A stretch of DNA of 63,678 nucleotides, filler included, from 11 parts of 11 records of this genome joined end to end with filler, not necessarily neighbours in it; one strand, 5' to 3'; shown: positions 25,534-38,338, counted from the whole stretch's first letter. Notes: a model not told the origin generated them from the sequence alone. Numbers and translations are program-made.

Positions 25534-26942
25534 ATGCCTGACGACTCACCGCTGCTTGCAGCAGCAGGCAGCTCGCCGGACGAGCGTGGCGACGTCACGG
25601 GCGGGGTCAGGGAAGGCTGCTGGCTCCAGCGCCACCGATACTGCGTGGTCTTGGGCTTCCTGCTGCTCGTGGCAGCAACTCCTGTGGCTGTTCTAGTCGT
25701 CACGCGTGGGGCAGTGGACAGCGCGCCGCCGCCGACGCCACCGTTACAGCCGCCACAGCTGCTGCCTGCGCAACCGACGCGTCGTTGTGCTCAGGGCCCT
25801 GCCGCCGCAACTGCGGGCCCAACGGGGACGACTGTAGTGCAGTCGCTGATTAGCAGCGAGCAGAACCGGACATACCGGCTACACCTGCCACGTGGCTACG
25901 AGCCTCACCACCCGGCACCGCTTGTGCTAGCGTTCCATGGATTTAAAAACACGGCTGCAGATGAAGAGCAGAGCGTGGGACTGTCGGCGTTGTCAGACTC
26001 GGAGGGGTTCATTGTAGTCTACCCAGAAGGCGAAGATGGATGCTTGGCGCAGCCAAGCTGGCGCAGCTGGAACGCCGGAGGCTGTTCTCAACCAAACGGT
26101 ACCTGCTGTACCAAGGGTACGCCCACTCAGTGTCAGCGCTATAAGACCAGTCCCAGCACGTCGGACTACTGCTACGCCAATTGCGCTCGTTACGATCCGA
26201 GCGGGCGGTTGTCGCTCGACTGCGGGGGGTGCTCCTGGTGCAGTTGCGCGGATGACGTGCGTTTCGTCTCTGACCTGCTAGATCTGCTAGAGGAGCAGTG
26301 GTGCATCGATCAGCGACGCGTGTTCGCCACCGGCTTCAGCAACGGTGGCATGCTTGTCTATACTCTAGCACAAGAGCTACCACACCGTTTTGCCGCGATG
26401 GCACCCATGGCAGCCAGTGTTCATCTTGGCCACGCACAGCCACCAAAATTGTCAAGATCAGAAGCGGGCAGTTTGGCCATTTTGGATCTGCATGGGGTGG
26501 CAGATGATGCTATCCCTGGCGGCGAGGCTGTGGTGTCACCGGGCAGCGCAACGACAGACGGAACATGGTGGTATGAACCCACCACCAGCATGCTAAATCT
26601 GTTCGGCGAATGGGGCAGCTGCAAGCACGGTGCGTACGAGATACAATAATGCAAGATTAAGCAGACCATGGCCAATTGTCCGATGTGTATGTCATCAGTG
26701 CGTCTGTTTGTTTTGGTCGGTGGTGCCCAGGGAACTATTCCAACATCTGGGCAAGCGCGGTTGATGGTGGCAGTGACCGGTTGGAATGCTTGGATTGGGG
26801 TAGTGAAGGTTGTGCAGGTGGCGTCCCGTGTGGCGGCTGCGCAATGATTGTTCGCTGCACGTGGAGAGGTGGCCATGGCGTACCGAGTTGGGGGGGAAAG
26901 CTGGTGTGGCGATGGTTCATCGAGCACCCGAAAATGCCGTGA
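25534..26942 (+). CDS. LpqC/PHB-depolymerase-like alpha/beta-hydrolase esterase with N-terminal membrane anchor; intron 26630-26730
   Basis: Motifs RTYRLHLP, PLVLAFHG, FIVVYPEG, DDVRFV, IDQRRVFATGFSNGGM (nucleophile elbow), HGVADD and GGHGVP after splicing (GTGCGT...CCCAG). Confidence 0.88.
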
Positions 26943-27313
26943 GTCTGGCCCAAGCACGCCAGTCCTTGCCTCGAGCAGGCAGAACATGATCCCTGAGCCC
27001 CCCACCAAATACAAATGATGTATAATGATAATGATAATGAATCCCATTTCGGTACAAATTTACGGCTACAACAGTAGAGCCAACGCCCATTGCGAAGGCT
27101 ACCTAAAAAACCATGGAGCAACGCAAACTAGCTGCAGAGTCACGAATAAAAGAGGCCCACTGCAGACGTATTGTGATATTGATGTACGAGCAGCCAATCT
27201 CGGTGCTGCCACACACAAGAACGATGTTCAATACACAATCTTGTGTCGGCTACTGTAGCAGATAACCAAGCAATTGATGCGCACAGCGGTATAGCAAAAG
27301 TGGCGAACGAAGC

Positions 27314-28066
27314 TCAGCGACGCTGGATCTCACCGTAGCCCGCAACCTTCTGGATCAGATCGACCTCAGTGCCATCGTTGTCGATAATCACATTCGCACG
27401 TTGCACCTTCTCTGCAAGCGGCATCTGCGCGTTTATTCTGCTCGTTGCCTCTCGCTCTGTCGTACCGTCACGGCGGGTCAGTCTAGCCAGCTGCGTATCA
27501 GGCGAGACACTGACTACCACGACCTCGCTGCAGATACGGTGCACGCCCTGCGATAACACAATGATAGAATTTCGTTTCAGTCCACTTTGAAGCGATAATT
27601 ATAGGACGCGCAAAAGCACACTGTCGACGGTAGTGGCCGGTACCGTTTCATACAGCAGGGGCACATCGAGCACGAGAACCGCGGTACCGACTGCAAAATG
27701 CTTCAGACACTCCCACGCCATCATTTTGGCTATATAGGGGCTGATGATTCCATTGAGCTTGCGCCGCTGCACTGCGTCGTTGAAAACGATGTCTCCAAGC
27801 TTCTTGCGATCGATCGCCGGCCTGCTGCCTGGATAGAGACAGACCGCATCGGCACCGCGCACTGATGAGTCTACCGGGGTAGCCGGCTCGAGGATTCCGT
27901 CGCCAAACGCTGCGACTACCTTGTCGTACGCCGGCGCCCCTACATCCAGCGCCGCCTTCGCGATCTCATCCGCATCCACGACTGGTAGAGCGTGGGCGTC
28001 GCGCAGCATGGCAGACACCGTGCTCTTGCCACAAGCGATTCCACCGGTCAACCCGACAATCTTCAT
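27314..28066 (-). CDS. coaE: Dephospho-CoA kinase (DCAKD/CoaE family); intron 27548-27643; 3' end may continue after a further intron
   Basis: MKIVGLTGGIACGKSTVS P-loop, VVDAD, IDRKKLGDIVF, VLDVPLLYE, QLARL..RD, RINAQMPL and IIDNDG. Confidence 0.93.
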
Positions 28067-28640
28067 CACGCCCAGTGCGCCAGCTGCGTAATACTGGTAC
28101 GTTTTCAACTCACCAAGGCTGCTTCGCCACCTGTCCAAGCCAAGATGAGTCTGCTACTGAGATCCGGCCAGCCACTCTATCACCGCGGCATCTGTGGCTG
28201 GCCGGACCTGCTGCGCGAGACCGTCGGCTGGCTATCAGTGCAATGTCAGTGCAATGTCAGTGCATCTGGCGAGCCGCGGCCGCACAGGCTCTGTGGCCAG
28301 CCACACAGACTGCGCAGACCGTATCGATCGATGCGTGGCCCGCCGCGCCACGACTCGCTGGGAGGCTGGGTGCGTGCAGCGCCAGCGAGCCCATGAGCGA
28401 GCCGCGCGGGCGGCCGGGCGCCTCGGCGCGGACGGCGCGCTCGCGGGGGTCAACGGCGCGTCAGACGCGCGCGGTGCGTGCGCGCGCGGCGGCGTGGCAC
28501 CACGGCCCGCGCGGAGGCCGGCACGCGGCAGGTTGCGCTCACGCTCGTCGCGGTCACCGTCGGTGTCGACGGTGGGGCGGCCCGCCAGTGCACGCAGTGA
28601 CGGTGGGGCATCCGTGCTGCCAGTAGCCTGTGGCGCCAAG

Positions 28641-29286
28641 ATGGTGGCTGGACGCATCGTGGCACCCGCAATCCTCGTGCTGGGGCTGCTGCTGCTGCTG
28701 GATGCAGTAGGCACCGCTTCGTCGAGGAAAGTCCGACCACGGAGCCCACAGGAGGATGTGGGCAGCGCCGACCCCACCACTCGCGTAGATAAGCTGGTGG
28801 CAGATATGAATGCAGGTAATGTCCCTGCTCACCCGTGCGAACCCGCAGATCCGGGTGGGTCCGGGTGCGACGCGGAAGAGAAGGACATTATTGAGCGAGT
28901 GAGCAGTTTGCCAAGCGACCACTGTGCTGTAGACCGCTCGTTGGCACTGGATGAGTTATCGCGGGCCCCGTTGATTGGCCTGGACGCTGTTGCCAACGCA
29001 GATCGTGACCTCGCTAGGCAACGACCCTGCTGCCGTCAGCAAAGCCATCGACCCGTTTCGCGCCGGGATGGGGGATCCGCCAGCTGATCCGCAGAGGAAA
29101 GACGCATACCTCGCGCAGAGAAAACAGATGGTGCAGTGGTTGAGCACGGAGCTAGGTATAGAGATCAATAGAGGTGGCATTGCGGAGCGAATAGTCAGAT
29201 GGACGAAAGTGACTAGTCTGCTTGGCAAAATGTCGGCAGCTCAGGTCGATCCCGCGGGGGCGGAGCAGATGGGTCGCGATTTGTGA
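28641..29286 (+). CDS. Small secretory-pathway protein with signal peptide and C-terminal RDL; intron 28899-29001
   Basis: MVAGRIVAPAILVLGLLLLLDAVG signal, C......GC..EEK..IE motif, and a phase-0 intron (GTGAGC...ACGCAG) joining the 28975..29286 frame, which ends GRDL*. Confidence 0.6.
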
Positions 29287-29424
29287 GGCCGAACTCGGTT
29301 TTCCTTGCATTTCCGTGTCGTCGGTCTCCTCGAAAGCGCCTGGCAGATGCGGCGCAGGCTGGCCACGGTGGCTCCGCAACACAAACGCAATAACAATTGT
29401 ATACATCAATCTATTGGCACAGCA

Positions 29425-31152
29425 CTACGGCACCCGCGCCCGGCCCCCATGATATGGCCCCTCTCCTAAAGGGGAAGGGGAACGCGGACGACGGGACAGC
29501 TGGAGCTTCGACGCGACCGGCGAGCGAGCTCTCGCCACGACCGGGGAACGTGGGCGCCGCGCGATCGGCTTACCTCCAGGCCGCAGCTCTTGGTCGATGG
29601 TTGCAATAGCCTGAGTGGCATCCTCTCTTGCGTCTGGGCGGTCCTGGAGCAGCTGCAGCAGTTGCTGCTTCGACAGCAGCAGCTCAAGCTGATGCGCTGC
29701 AGCATCGGCTTGCTCTGACGCCTCCAGCTTCTCTTCAACTCTGATCATGTCTGACTCCACCAACCTCAGCGCTTGTGCTGCCTTCGGCTCTAGCTCACCT
29801 GCCACGAGCAAGAATTCCGACTTGAGCCGCTGCTGTGCTGCGTCCAGCTCGGCCCGCAGCTCCCGCAGGCTCCTCGTCGTCACCGCGCCGACCTCTGCCT
29901 CGTCATCTGCCAGCATCGCCCCAAGGTGCTCTCGGGCACGTTTAAGCACGAGCCGCGCCTCCGAGACTTGCGAAGCCACGATATCGCGCTCGTGCTGCGC
30001 TTCCATCACAGCCATGAGCTGCTGATGAGTGCTCTCCACTTGCCTCTGGGCAGCGGCGCGCGTTGAGGGCGATCTGGGCGCAGCAACATTGTGCGAGACG
30101 GTTCTCGGTGGCCTGACAGGCGAAAATCCTCTCTGAGCTGCCGTCGGTGACCGCGGTGGCCGTGGTAGGCGTGGTGACCGCGGTGACCGCGCCCCTGACG
30201 GCTTCTTTGATGCTGCTTTAGCAGCAGCGGCCTGCGCGGCCTCTTCCGGGTGAAGGAAATGGTTCACGCGCGCAACAATTGCTTGGGCCTCGTGCCGCTC
30301 CAAGGGTTTTCCATGCCACACCTGGTGAACCTCTGGCTCCGGCGCCAGCTCCGCAAATACATCGTCCTCCGGCACCGTCTGCTTGGATTGCTGCGGTCGC
30401 GCTGCCTTCACGGCGACAGTCCAGCCGATATCAGCGCCGGATGTTGTAGCGCACCGCACGAGATGCGCGCGAGTGTCGTGTGGCAGCAGTGAGTCCCTTG
30501 ACCGTTGCAATGTCACGCAGCACCATGCCTTCTGCTCTGTTGCTAGCACCCAGCTGCCAGCCTCACCCTCTGGCATCCGGTCGATTCGCACGAAAGCCTG
30601 CCTGCAGCCACCCTTTGCACCACCACATAAGGCCGCCAGCAGCGCGCAGAGCAGCCCAAGCGCAACGAACGAACCGCGATTGATCCGTTCGTCGTTGTAT
30701 ATGCACCGCGACGCCGTCAGGTTGCACATCCCACCGAACTCACAGTCGTAGTCGTCGGCGCAGCGGACCGTGCTACTTCGAGTGATGCCAGCGTATGCTT
30801 CATCGTCGTCGCCGTCAGCGCTGCCCGTCTCAGCGCAGCCGTCGACCAAGCCCGACCAGGTGTACTCGCTACACTCTTGCCGGTCCCAGATGTACAGAGA
30901 TATCGCGCAGAGCATGAAGAACGCACTGCTGATGGTGCAGAACAGCATGCACCCACCTCCGCTCGTGCGGTGCCGGAGCAGCAACTCCTGGTCCGCATCG
31001 ATGGACCACTTGCCTCGCGTCGATCCCAGCGTCTCACCTGGGCAGCAGCTCTCTCGGATCGACTCGTACTCGCGAGAGCACGCGCTGCACACCACCTCGC
31101 ACTGGCTCGCGCCGACGCTGCACCTGCTTCGGCGTACGCTCGCCTCCCCCAT
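29425..31152 (-). CDS. Hypothetical membrane protein (two TM segments flanking a Cys-rich loop, SPR-rich linker, coiled-coil C-terminus)
   Basis: 578-aa ORF with hydrophobic segments, CADDYDCEFGGMCNLTASRC, RSPRSP repeats and a heptad-rich tail. Confidence 0.7.
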   Translation of the reverse strand: MGEASVRRSRCSVGASQCEVVCSACSREYESIRESCCPGETLGSTRGKWSIDADQELLLRHRTSGGGCMLFCTISSAFFMLCAISLYIWDRQECSEYTWSGLVDGCAETGSADGDDDEAYAGITRSSTVRCADDYDCEFGGMCNLTASRCIYNDERINRGSFVALGLLCALLAALCGGAKGGCRQAFVRIDRMPEGEAGSWVLATEQKAWCCVTLQRSRDSLLPHDTRAHLVRCATTSGADIGWTVAVKAARPQQSKQTVPEDDVFAELAPEPEVHQVWHGKPLERHEAQAIVARVNHFLHPEEAAQAAAAKAASKKPSGARSPRSPRLPRPPRSPTAAQRGFSPVRPPRTVSHNVAAPRSPSTRAAAQRQVESTHQQLMAVMEAQHERDIVASQVSEARLVLKRAREHLGAMLADDEAEVGAVTTRSLRELRAELDAAQQRLKSEFLLVAGELEPKAAQALRLVESDMIRVEEKLEASEQADAAAHQLELLLSKQQLLQLLQDRPDAREDATQAIATIDQELRPGGKPIARRPRSPVVARARSPVASKLQLSRRPRSPSPLGEGPYHGGRARVP

Positions 31153-31880
31153 GCCGGGCAAGCGAGCCGTTGACGCATGTTTGGGGGTGTCTCATTTTCA
31201 CTGNNNNNNNNNNNNNNNNNNNNNNNNNNNNNNNNNNNNNNNNNNNNTTAATTAATTAANNNNNNNNNNNNNNNNNNNNNNNNNNNNNNNNNNNNNNNNN
31301 NNNTCGTTCCAGGGTGCGCTGACTGGTACAGTATATGGGCTATGCTGAATACATTTCGATTGTTTTGACTGTGCTGAGGATTGAACCGGCTGAGCCAGCA
31401 ATTGGCGCTGGAAAAGAGGAGCCAATCCCGATGGATCATGGATCATGGATGCTATGGGGGATTTGCCGAGTCGACCGAATCGCGAGTCCGAGTGGGCCAT
31501 TCAACGATTCAAAAATGCAGGCTCAAGGCTCAAGGGCGGCTCATGCACCAGGTCAGGCAGTGAAAATCAGTGCGCAGTGGGCAGGGAGAGCCCCCCCACC
31601 GGCCTGGCAGCCCACGATGGTGCCCTCCTGACCAAGAGCAAGAGCGCTCTTGATACCCATACGCCATAGGGAAAGGGATATACGATGCGATGGCCGCCGA
31701 GGGAGGAGGGACAGCCACAGGGAGGCTTCACGAACAACTTGAGCACCTACTACTATACTAGCTACTAGCAGCAAGCAGGCAGGCAGCAAGCAGGCAGCAA
31801 GCAGGCACAGGAGCGGAGCGCTGACCAAGGGGACGAGGAAGGGGGAGGGCTCTGGGGACAGCTCTCTCTGATCAAGAGAG

Positions 31881-33350
31881 ATGGGGCGGAAGGCGACGGC
31901 AGGGCGGAGCTTGAAGAAGGCGCCGCCGCTGCTGCTGACGCCGAGTGCCCATGCTGGAGGAGGAGCAGGGGGCAGTCTGGTGAGGCTTTCAGGGGAGGCG
32001 CTCAGCCCAAGGGAGACGCGAGCACTGCGGCGGGCGCAGCAGCAGCGGGAACGGGAGCGGCACCCCGGGCAGGTAGAGCTGCCGGGGCGGGCGCCAAGGA
32101 AGCGCCCGCGAGCAGGTTCGCGAATGGGTGCCGAATGCGAACCGGAACGTGACAGCAACAGCCACGCTGCGGGGCCGAGCTCCCAGACCGCAGGTGGCAG
32201 TGGCCCACAGCAACCCTCGCAGAAGCGCAGCTGCCAGAGCTCCACGCGGCAGGAGGACCAGTCAGCTACCAAGGACCGCGTGCCCGCAGCTTTCAAGTAC
32301 GTGCAAATCAAGCGCGAGGGAGAGTCTGCGAGCGTGCCGATCGAGCCGAGCCAGCACCTCAGCTTCAGCTCGGGCATTGGGTACAGCACGGCGGGGCAGT
32401 ACTGGAGCTGCCATGCGCCGCGAGGCTTCTCGCCGAGTCTCTGTGGGCCAGATCTGTTCGTGTGCGACGGCGGCACGAGCGTTGTCTGTCGCGGACGGGG
32501 CATGCCATGCCAAGGAGCACTTCTCGTCGGTGCTGCGTCCGGGCGGACGCAACCGAGTGCACTTGCTGGCGGCAACACATCGGCTGCACAATTGTCCCGC
32601 AATGGCAGCAGCAGCACGTGCGCGGCGCCGCCGTGCTACTTCGCCGCGGGCAGTCGACAGTGGTTCCGACTGACGTCGCTCCGTCAGTCTCGCCTAGACG
32701 GGTTCCTAGCATTTGTGGCCGCGAACCATTTCGACGATGGACACGTCAACGCTCTGGCCAAGCCGCTCGACTTTTTTCATCCTCCTCTGCGCCCCGCGCC
32801 GTCGCGTTCCGCTCCGGTGACTGCCTCCGCTGCTGGTCCTGGTGCTGGTGCTGCGAAGGACTCGCTGCGGCAGCTACCGAGCCCGTCTCGCTGTGGTGCG
32901 CTGCTGCGCTGGCCGACTGCGACCGTGGTTCCGGCTGCGCGAAGTAGCGGCGGTCAGTCTGTTCCGATGGACTATCGTACATATGAAAAGTATGAGCAAG
33001 AAAAGCAGAGCTGCTGCAACTCGGTCGATATACTCGTCGATTTTAGGGACACGTCGAACGCTACTATCACTCTTTTTGGTGCTGACCTCACCCTGTTCCC
33101 GAGCACTGGCGATGCGACAGGGAATGCCGTTGCAAGATCTGGTGTGGGCGGCTACACGTTCAAGACCTACTGCACGCCGCTGGTGGCGGGGATAGATCTT
33201 AACGCTGCAGGGGGCGGTGGCTATCTAGCCTTCCTCACGCACACGAAGCTGAGTGGTTTCGGCTCACTGAAGGTGGAGATCACGCCCCCGAACCGAGTCG
33301 CTGAAATAGACCTCTCGAGAGTCCTTGAGAAGAAGCCGGCGCAGCAGTAG
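31881..33350 (+). CDS. Hypothetical protein (basic, disordered N-terminus and probable beta-rich C-terminal domain)
   Basis: 489-aa ATG-initiated ORF; no family recognised with confidence. Confidence 0.6.
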   Translation: MGRKATAGRSLKKAPPLLLTPSAHAGGGAGGSLVRLSGEALSPRETRALRRAQQQRERERHPGQVELPGRAPRKRPRAGSRMGAECEPERDSNSHAAGPSSQTAGGSGPQQPSQKRSCQSSTRQEDQSATKDRVPAAFKYVQIKREGESASVPIEPSQHLSFSSGIGYSTAGQYWSCHAPRGFSPSLCGPDLFVCDGGTSVVCRGRGMPCQGALLVGAASGRTQPSALAGGNTSAAQLSRNGSSSTCAAPPCYFAAGSRQWFRLTSLRQSRLDGFLAFVAANHFDDGHVNALAKPLDFFHPPLRPAPSRSAPVTASAAGPGAGAAKDSLRQLPSPSRCGALLRWPTATVVPAARSSGGQSVPMDYRTYEKYEQEKQSCCNSVDILVDFRDTSNATITLFGADLTLFPSTGDATGNAVARSGVGGYTFKTYCTPLVAGIDLNAAGGGGYLAFLTHTKLSGFGSLKVEITPPNRVAEIDLSRVLEKKPAQQ

Positions 33351-33495
33351 TTACTACGTGGTACCTACTCTGCGTGTGAAAGCGGATTGTGCAACAAACA
33401 GCACAAAGTGGACAACGCAGCAATAGGCCGTGACAAGAAAGTGCGACACCGCATACGTTCGGGGAATTTCAGTATTTCATTCGTCACAACCTCCG

Positions 33496-34584
33496 TCAGT
33501 CTCGCTCGCTTGCTTCGACTTCAGCTTGGCGATCGCCTGCCGGCTCACTAAGCACTTCTTCTGCTTGGCCGCCTCTTGCTGTCTCGCTCAGCATGCAGGC
33601 GACTCGTTCATCTTCAGATTTTCGAAATGCCTCCTTCGCCGCCTGCTCCGCCCTCGCAGTGGCTTCATTCGCTGCGGCATCCGCATCCGCTGCCGCTGCC
33701 GCAGCCTTGGCGGCTGCAATCTTGGCAGCCGACGCAGCAGCCTCCGCCGCAGCAGCCTCTTCAGCCATCCTGATCGCGTCTAATTGAGCAGCCTGTGCTG
33801 CCTCGACAGCCTCCGCGGCTGCCGCCTCCTCTTCAACCTTGAGTCGCGCTGCCTCAGAAGCAGCGATGGATGCCGCGACTTTGGGAGTCGGCTGCAGTCC
33901 GCTGATCTCCTTACGGAAGTGTGTCGTTAGGAACGGGTGCTCCGGCGTGTTGTACTCCGGCCGTACTAAGTGCTCTACCTGCTCTGGCAGCTGCTCGGTC
34001 CCGACGACCTTGTAGCCAAGTCGCTCGTAAAAGAGGAGCACGGATTTGCGACACGACGAGGCGTGGAGATTCATGCCCTTGCAGCCTTTGCTGTGCGCGA
34101 GAGCCTCGGCCTGCTCAACCAGCATCCGTCCGATGCCTTGGCGCTGCTGCTCGGGCGCCACGGCCAGCATGGCCATGTACGCTTCCGGGGAGCCGGACGG
34201 CACGTCGACGCGCACGGCGCCTACGCACTTGGGCGGCGCCCACACCCAGCCGTGGTCGGCAACGAACACGGTGGACCCCGTGGACTCCATGGCCTGCCGC
34301 AGCTCCGACTCGGAGCGGCGCGGCTCGGCCAAGAAGTAGCCCTCGGCTTCCTCAAACGTGCGGTCGACCAGCGCAGACACCGCCGCCAGGTCCCCCTCCC
34401 CCGCGGCGCGAACGGAACACGCCGCCGCGCTGCCGTCCTCCAACTGCACCGTGGTCTCGGTCTCCGGCGAGGCCTGCTCCTGCTTCTGCTCGCTGGCGCT
34501 CCAGTCCTGCGCCGGTGCCCAGGCGTTGTAGACCATCCGTGGGCGCGAGGCAGCGACCCGCCGCCGCGCTGCGGTCGTAGCCAT
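33496..34584 (-). CDS. GNAT-family N-acetyltransferase with Ala/Glu-rich C-terminal helix
   Basis: Motif A LAVAPEQQRQGIGRMLV and motif B LLFYERLGY. ATG at 34584. Confidence 0.88.
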   Translation of the reverse strand: MATTAARRRVAASRPRMVYNAWAPAQDWSASEQKQEQASPETETTVQLEDGSAAACSVRAAGEGDLAAVSALVDRTFEEAEGYFLAEPRRSESELRQAMESTGSTVFVADHGWVWAPPKCVGAVRVDVPSGSPEAYMAMLAVAPEQQRQGIGRMLVEQAEALAHSKGCKGMNLHASSCRKSVLLFYERLGYKVVGTEQLPEQVEHLVRPEYNTPEHPFLTTHFRKEISGLQPTPKVAASIAASEAARLKVEEEAAAAEAVEAAQAAQLDAIRMAEEAAAAEAAASAAKIAAAKAAAAAADADAAANEATARAEQAAKEAFRKSEDERVACMLSETARGGQAEEVLSEPAGDRQAEVEASERD

Positions 34585-35073
34585 CCCGTGTGTCCACAGC
34601 TTGGTCAATCGCTTGGTCAGCAGCAGCAGCAGGGCGGCGTCGTGTGTCGGCGGGTCCGTCAACAGAACCGAGCTGTGCTCGGTAGCAGTAACCTGTTCAT
34701 CATTCCTACAGTATCATACTGTGCCGCGATGCGGTACATGTACGGCCGTGTGCCCAGTGCGCCGCCGGCGGTCAGAATGAGCNNNNNNNNNNNNNNNNNN
34801 NNNNNNNNNNNNNNNNNNNNNNNNNNTTAATTAATTAANNNNNNNNNNNNNNNNNNNNNNNNNNNNNNNNNNNNNNNNNNNNGTCGTTACCACCACCACC
34901 ACCACCACCGTCAGCAACCTAGCATCTATCAAGTCATGTGTTCCCTTGGCTTAGCCACGAGAGCAGTTTGTGTAGACTAGGGAGAGCAGGAAGGATAGGT
35001 AGCCGGCTGATGGCTGTTGGTGGTACGCCTGGATAGCAGGCTAAACTGTTGTACCCACATAGGCTCGCCCCCA

Positions 35074-38000
35074 CTATCGTTGCTCGCAACAATCGCCCTT
35101 GGAACAGGCCACGCTCGCGCGACCATCCATGCCAAGCGTCACGTTGAGCACCACGATCTTGCCCGCCATTGCCGCCACGAGCCGCTGCTCTCCGGTACGC
35201 ATATCTGTCAAATCAGGTGCCCTCGGCGCGAGAACACTGACACTCACAGTCTCGCCAGCTGCGCCGAGGACCGTGAAGCTTAGTCCCTCGCCACCATTAG
35301 GCTGCAATTCGGCCTCAACCATCGCATCGCTCGTATCTTCGTCGTAAGCCACAATTCCCACAGCGGTAGCAAATCGCTGGGGGCTCACGGCCACATATTT
35401 GTCTTGCTCGCCTAGCAATGCCCAGCCTCCCGCTAACACTGGCGCCACACTGTACAAATTCCAGTACCTGCTCAACTCAACATCACGCTTTACTGGATAG
35501 TCTCACGGGTTTGCAGAGCGTCAGTCCAAAAGTCAACGCGAACCAATTGACAAGATCAGGTACCGGCACCCAGTTGTAACGTCGCCACCGTGGAGCGCTG
35601 AACATTTTGGTTTCGTGCACGCGCCATAGGTGCCAGCAGAACCAATCAGTCCACATTTTGGTGACTCACATGGGCAGAACTCCGTCGTTGCATTGAAGGG
35701 CGATCTGCCCGAAAACGGTTTGAGGCAGCTTGTAGCCGGCTCCCCATTCTTGCAACTTGCGCCAGACTTGCCAAATGTGCTCACCACAAAGCTGAGATTG
35801 GCCGGTGGCACTGGAAACAGCATAATTGGCACCAATTCCTGTGTCGTATTCAGCTCGGTCGCAAGCAAGGTGTAAAACCAACGGTCCAAGGCAGAAGCAG
35901 CGGAGCCATTGACATTTACCAATCGTGCAAACGAGTTGGCGCGGCGATCGGTGGTTGCGTTGTGGCCAATACGTGCTGGAACACACGGTGCCACGAATAT
36001 CTGTCGATTTTCAGCGGCATAACCAATGCTTGGGAGGTCTAGCCGTAACGCTGGATGTGCTGGCTTAAGTAAAACACTGTCGCTACGGCTCATCCGCAGC
36101 AGCCGCGTCAGATTGCTCCCACCTGCTGTCACGTTGTGTACAATGACAGGCAGACTGTCGCCGAACCCAACCACGCCAGTCGTGAGAATTGCGACTACGA
36201 GCTCGTGCTCCACGTATGGCCGAACGTATCCTGCAGGCCCCCTTGTTGTACCAGGCTGCTCGGCAACAGTCCACAGTGTCGTCAAAATCGGTCTAAGATG
36301 CAGCGCTGCCGCGAACGCCCCGGTAGTTGCCATACACGTCCACGTTGTGTCAGCGTCAAAATCGCCACCAAGCCGCACCGAGGTTGTCGCAGGCCAGTTC
36401 TGAGTCGCGGTTGCTAGGTGATCATTTGGATTAGCAACATCGAAACGGATCGGTAATTTCCATTTGCTTGCACCGCCAATTGCGCCAGTCCCAGCAGACC
36501 CCGAAACGGGTGCACCACTCGGACCGAAGTAACCGTCCATCCATGTTTCATGTGCTTCGGTATTGTTCAGCCGACCTTCGAAATATCCCCACCAGACATT
36601 CAAGGTGTCGACCACTATTGCCCGCAGGTTGTTCTGGCGATATGCGTAGCCAAGCACAGCGTTCCAAAACGCATGCGCGTGGGAGTGATGAACCTGACTC
36701 GCGGACTTTCCGACAGGTCCTCCAGCGCTCCAAGAGCTGTCAACCATCGGCCACGGCCCGCGTTGTGGACGGTATGCACCAAGCACCCCGTCGACATCAC
36801 CATAGACATTGCCTAATGCGGAGGAATTGCCCGGGCGTGCTACCCTCTCGGTAGACCCAGCCAGGAGCATGTATAGCATCTGGAAGGAGACCGAGCCAGT
36901 CTGGCCTGGCTCTCCCCAAACATTCGGACCGAGACCGTCGCCATATTGATGCACGTCTGAGACAGAGGGCAGCGTCAGCGGACAATTCGGCGATGGGGTC
37001 GCACTGACAGATAGATGAATATGGACGCACGCAACAAATGGTGGCCAAAACAGAGTAGACACAAACAGACTCACGGGGCCAATGAAACTCAGAGGCAGAC
37101 CAATTGCTGGCAACGACACCATCGCAAGTACCATTTGGCTCTGCACTGTGCCAGAACCCGCTGTCCAAGTGATACATATCGATCTGAAGCCCAAGGCTCC
37201 TGTGATATGCTGTCAGGTTCCGAATGATCACGTGCATTGGGAGTGGGGAAATGCCTCGAGCGAGATCGTTTTTGTACGTGTAACAGTAGCAGTACCGGCT
37301 CCCAGCATCAGTGAGATATATTAGTTTCGAGTTAAGTGGGTCCTTGTCGAGCGAAAGCCGCGTTGTGCCCGAATGACGCCGCACCGACTCCCCCCATGCC
37401 ATTTGTGCAGCAGCGATTCCTTGCCTTCCCACAAGGATGGTCGCGTGTGAAAAAGAAGGTTTCAGCGCTTGAACATAGCCCTGGATCCCGAAACTGACGC
37501 GCGGAGAGACAGTCCGATTGGTGACGGCACCATGCGTGAAATGATCGGTACCATTGTGGCTGATCATTGACTTCGGATGATCGACCGGGCTGAGCACCAT
37601 CGCAGGCGGGTGGTAGCTTGAGCTGGCGTTGGTCGGAAATAGTAACAAGGGTCCCCCTTGCATACCTCCCTGCCACTCAGACAGCGGTCCCTGCCGGAAA
37701 TTCATACCTAGGGAATTGCCCTGGTAACTGTAGTGCGTACACGCGTTCTGAATGCCGCTAGCTGGCCACGACGGAAAGGCAGAGAGGAGTGGCGGAGTCC
37801 ACGGGCAGAGCCAGCCACCGACGCAGCCATCAGCGTCCTTGGATGTGGCGACCACAGCGGTGGATGTGTTGGAAACGCCACGGGCCGAGAAATTGGCTTG
37901 GAAAACAAAGGACTGCACGGCTGGGAAGTACTGGATCGTCGTACGCAAGACACACGCGGCACTCGTCCCGCCCCGCCACGCCGCACCGATTGCGTCGAAG

Positions 38001-38338
38001 GTGCCCATCCTCGTGGTTCCACTGGTCGTGGTCGGCGTGCCGATCATCTGCAGTGGCTCGTCACCCTCCCGCGCAGCGCTGCCACCATACACGTACTGGA
38101 CACCTTCGCACCGAAAAGAAACACCACCGCCCTGCAGCAGGCCACACGCCGTGCTACGGTTGCTCTCGTCAAGTAGCGCCGCGGTGTACCAAAAAGTCTT
38201 CCTATCGACAGAGACGCGGACGGCACCACCAGTGCGCACCCACGCGCCTGCAGCATGCGCAGCAGCGCCGGTGTGGCTATCCGCTCCAGTGGCGACAGCA
38301 GCGCTTTGAAGCATCAGCAACCGTGAGAGCGGTGCCAT
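35074..38338 (-). CDS. Secreted uncharacterised clan GH-D-like glycoside hydrolase, paralog A; introns 36957-37074 and 35468-35563
   Basis: Signal-like N-terminus. Spliced joins FHWP|HVHQY and GC|RYWNLY. Motifs YLTDAG, YHLDSGFW, IVVD, RLGGDF, TLWT, TGVVGFGD, LLKPAHP and LLGEQDKYVAVSPQRF align with the gene at 49169-51656. Confidence 0.7.

Noticed and set aside
25534-28066. Bacterial-looking esterase and coaE pair as possible contamination
   Set aside because: Both genes contain spliceosomal introns like those in the rest of the window.
31304-31880. Short tandem words (GGATCAT, AGGCTCA, GCAAGCAG) upstream of the hypothetical gene
   Set aside because: Two to three copies each, consistent with ordinary slippage; no repeat-spacer or terminal-repeat structure.
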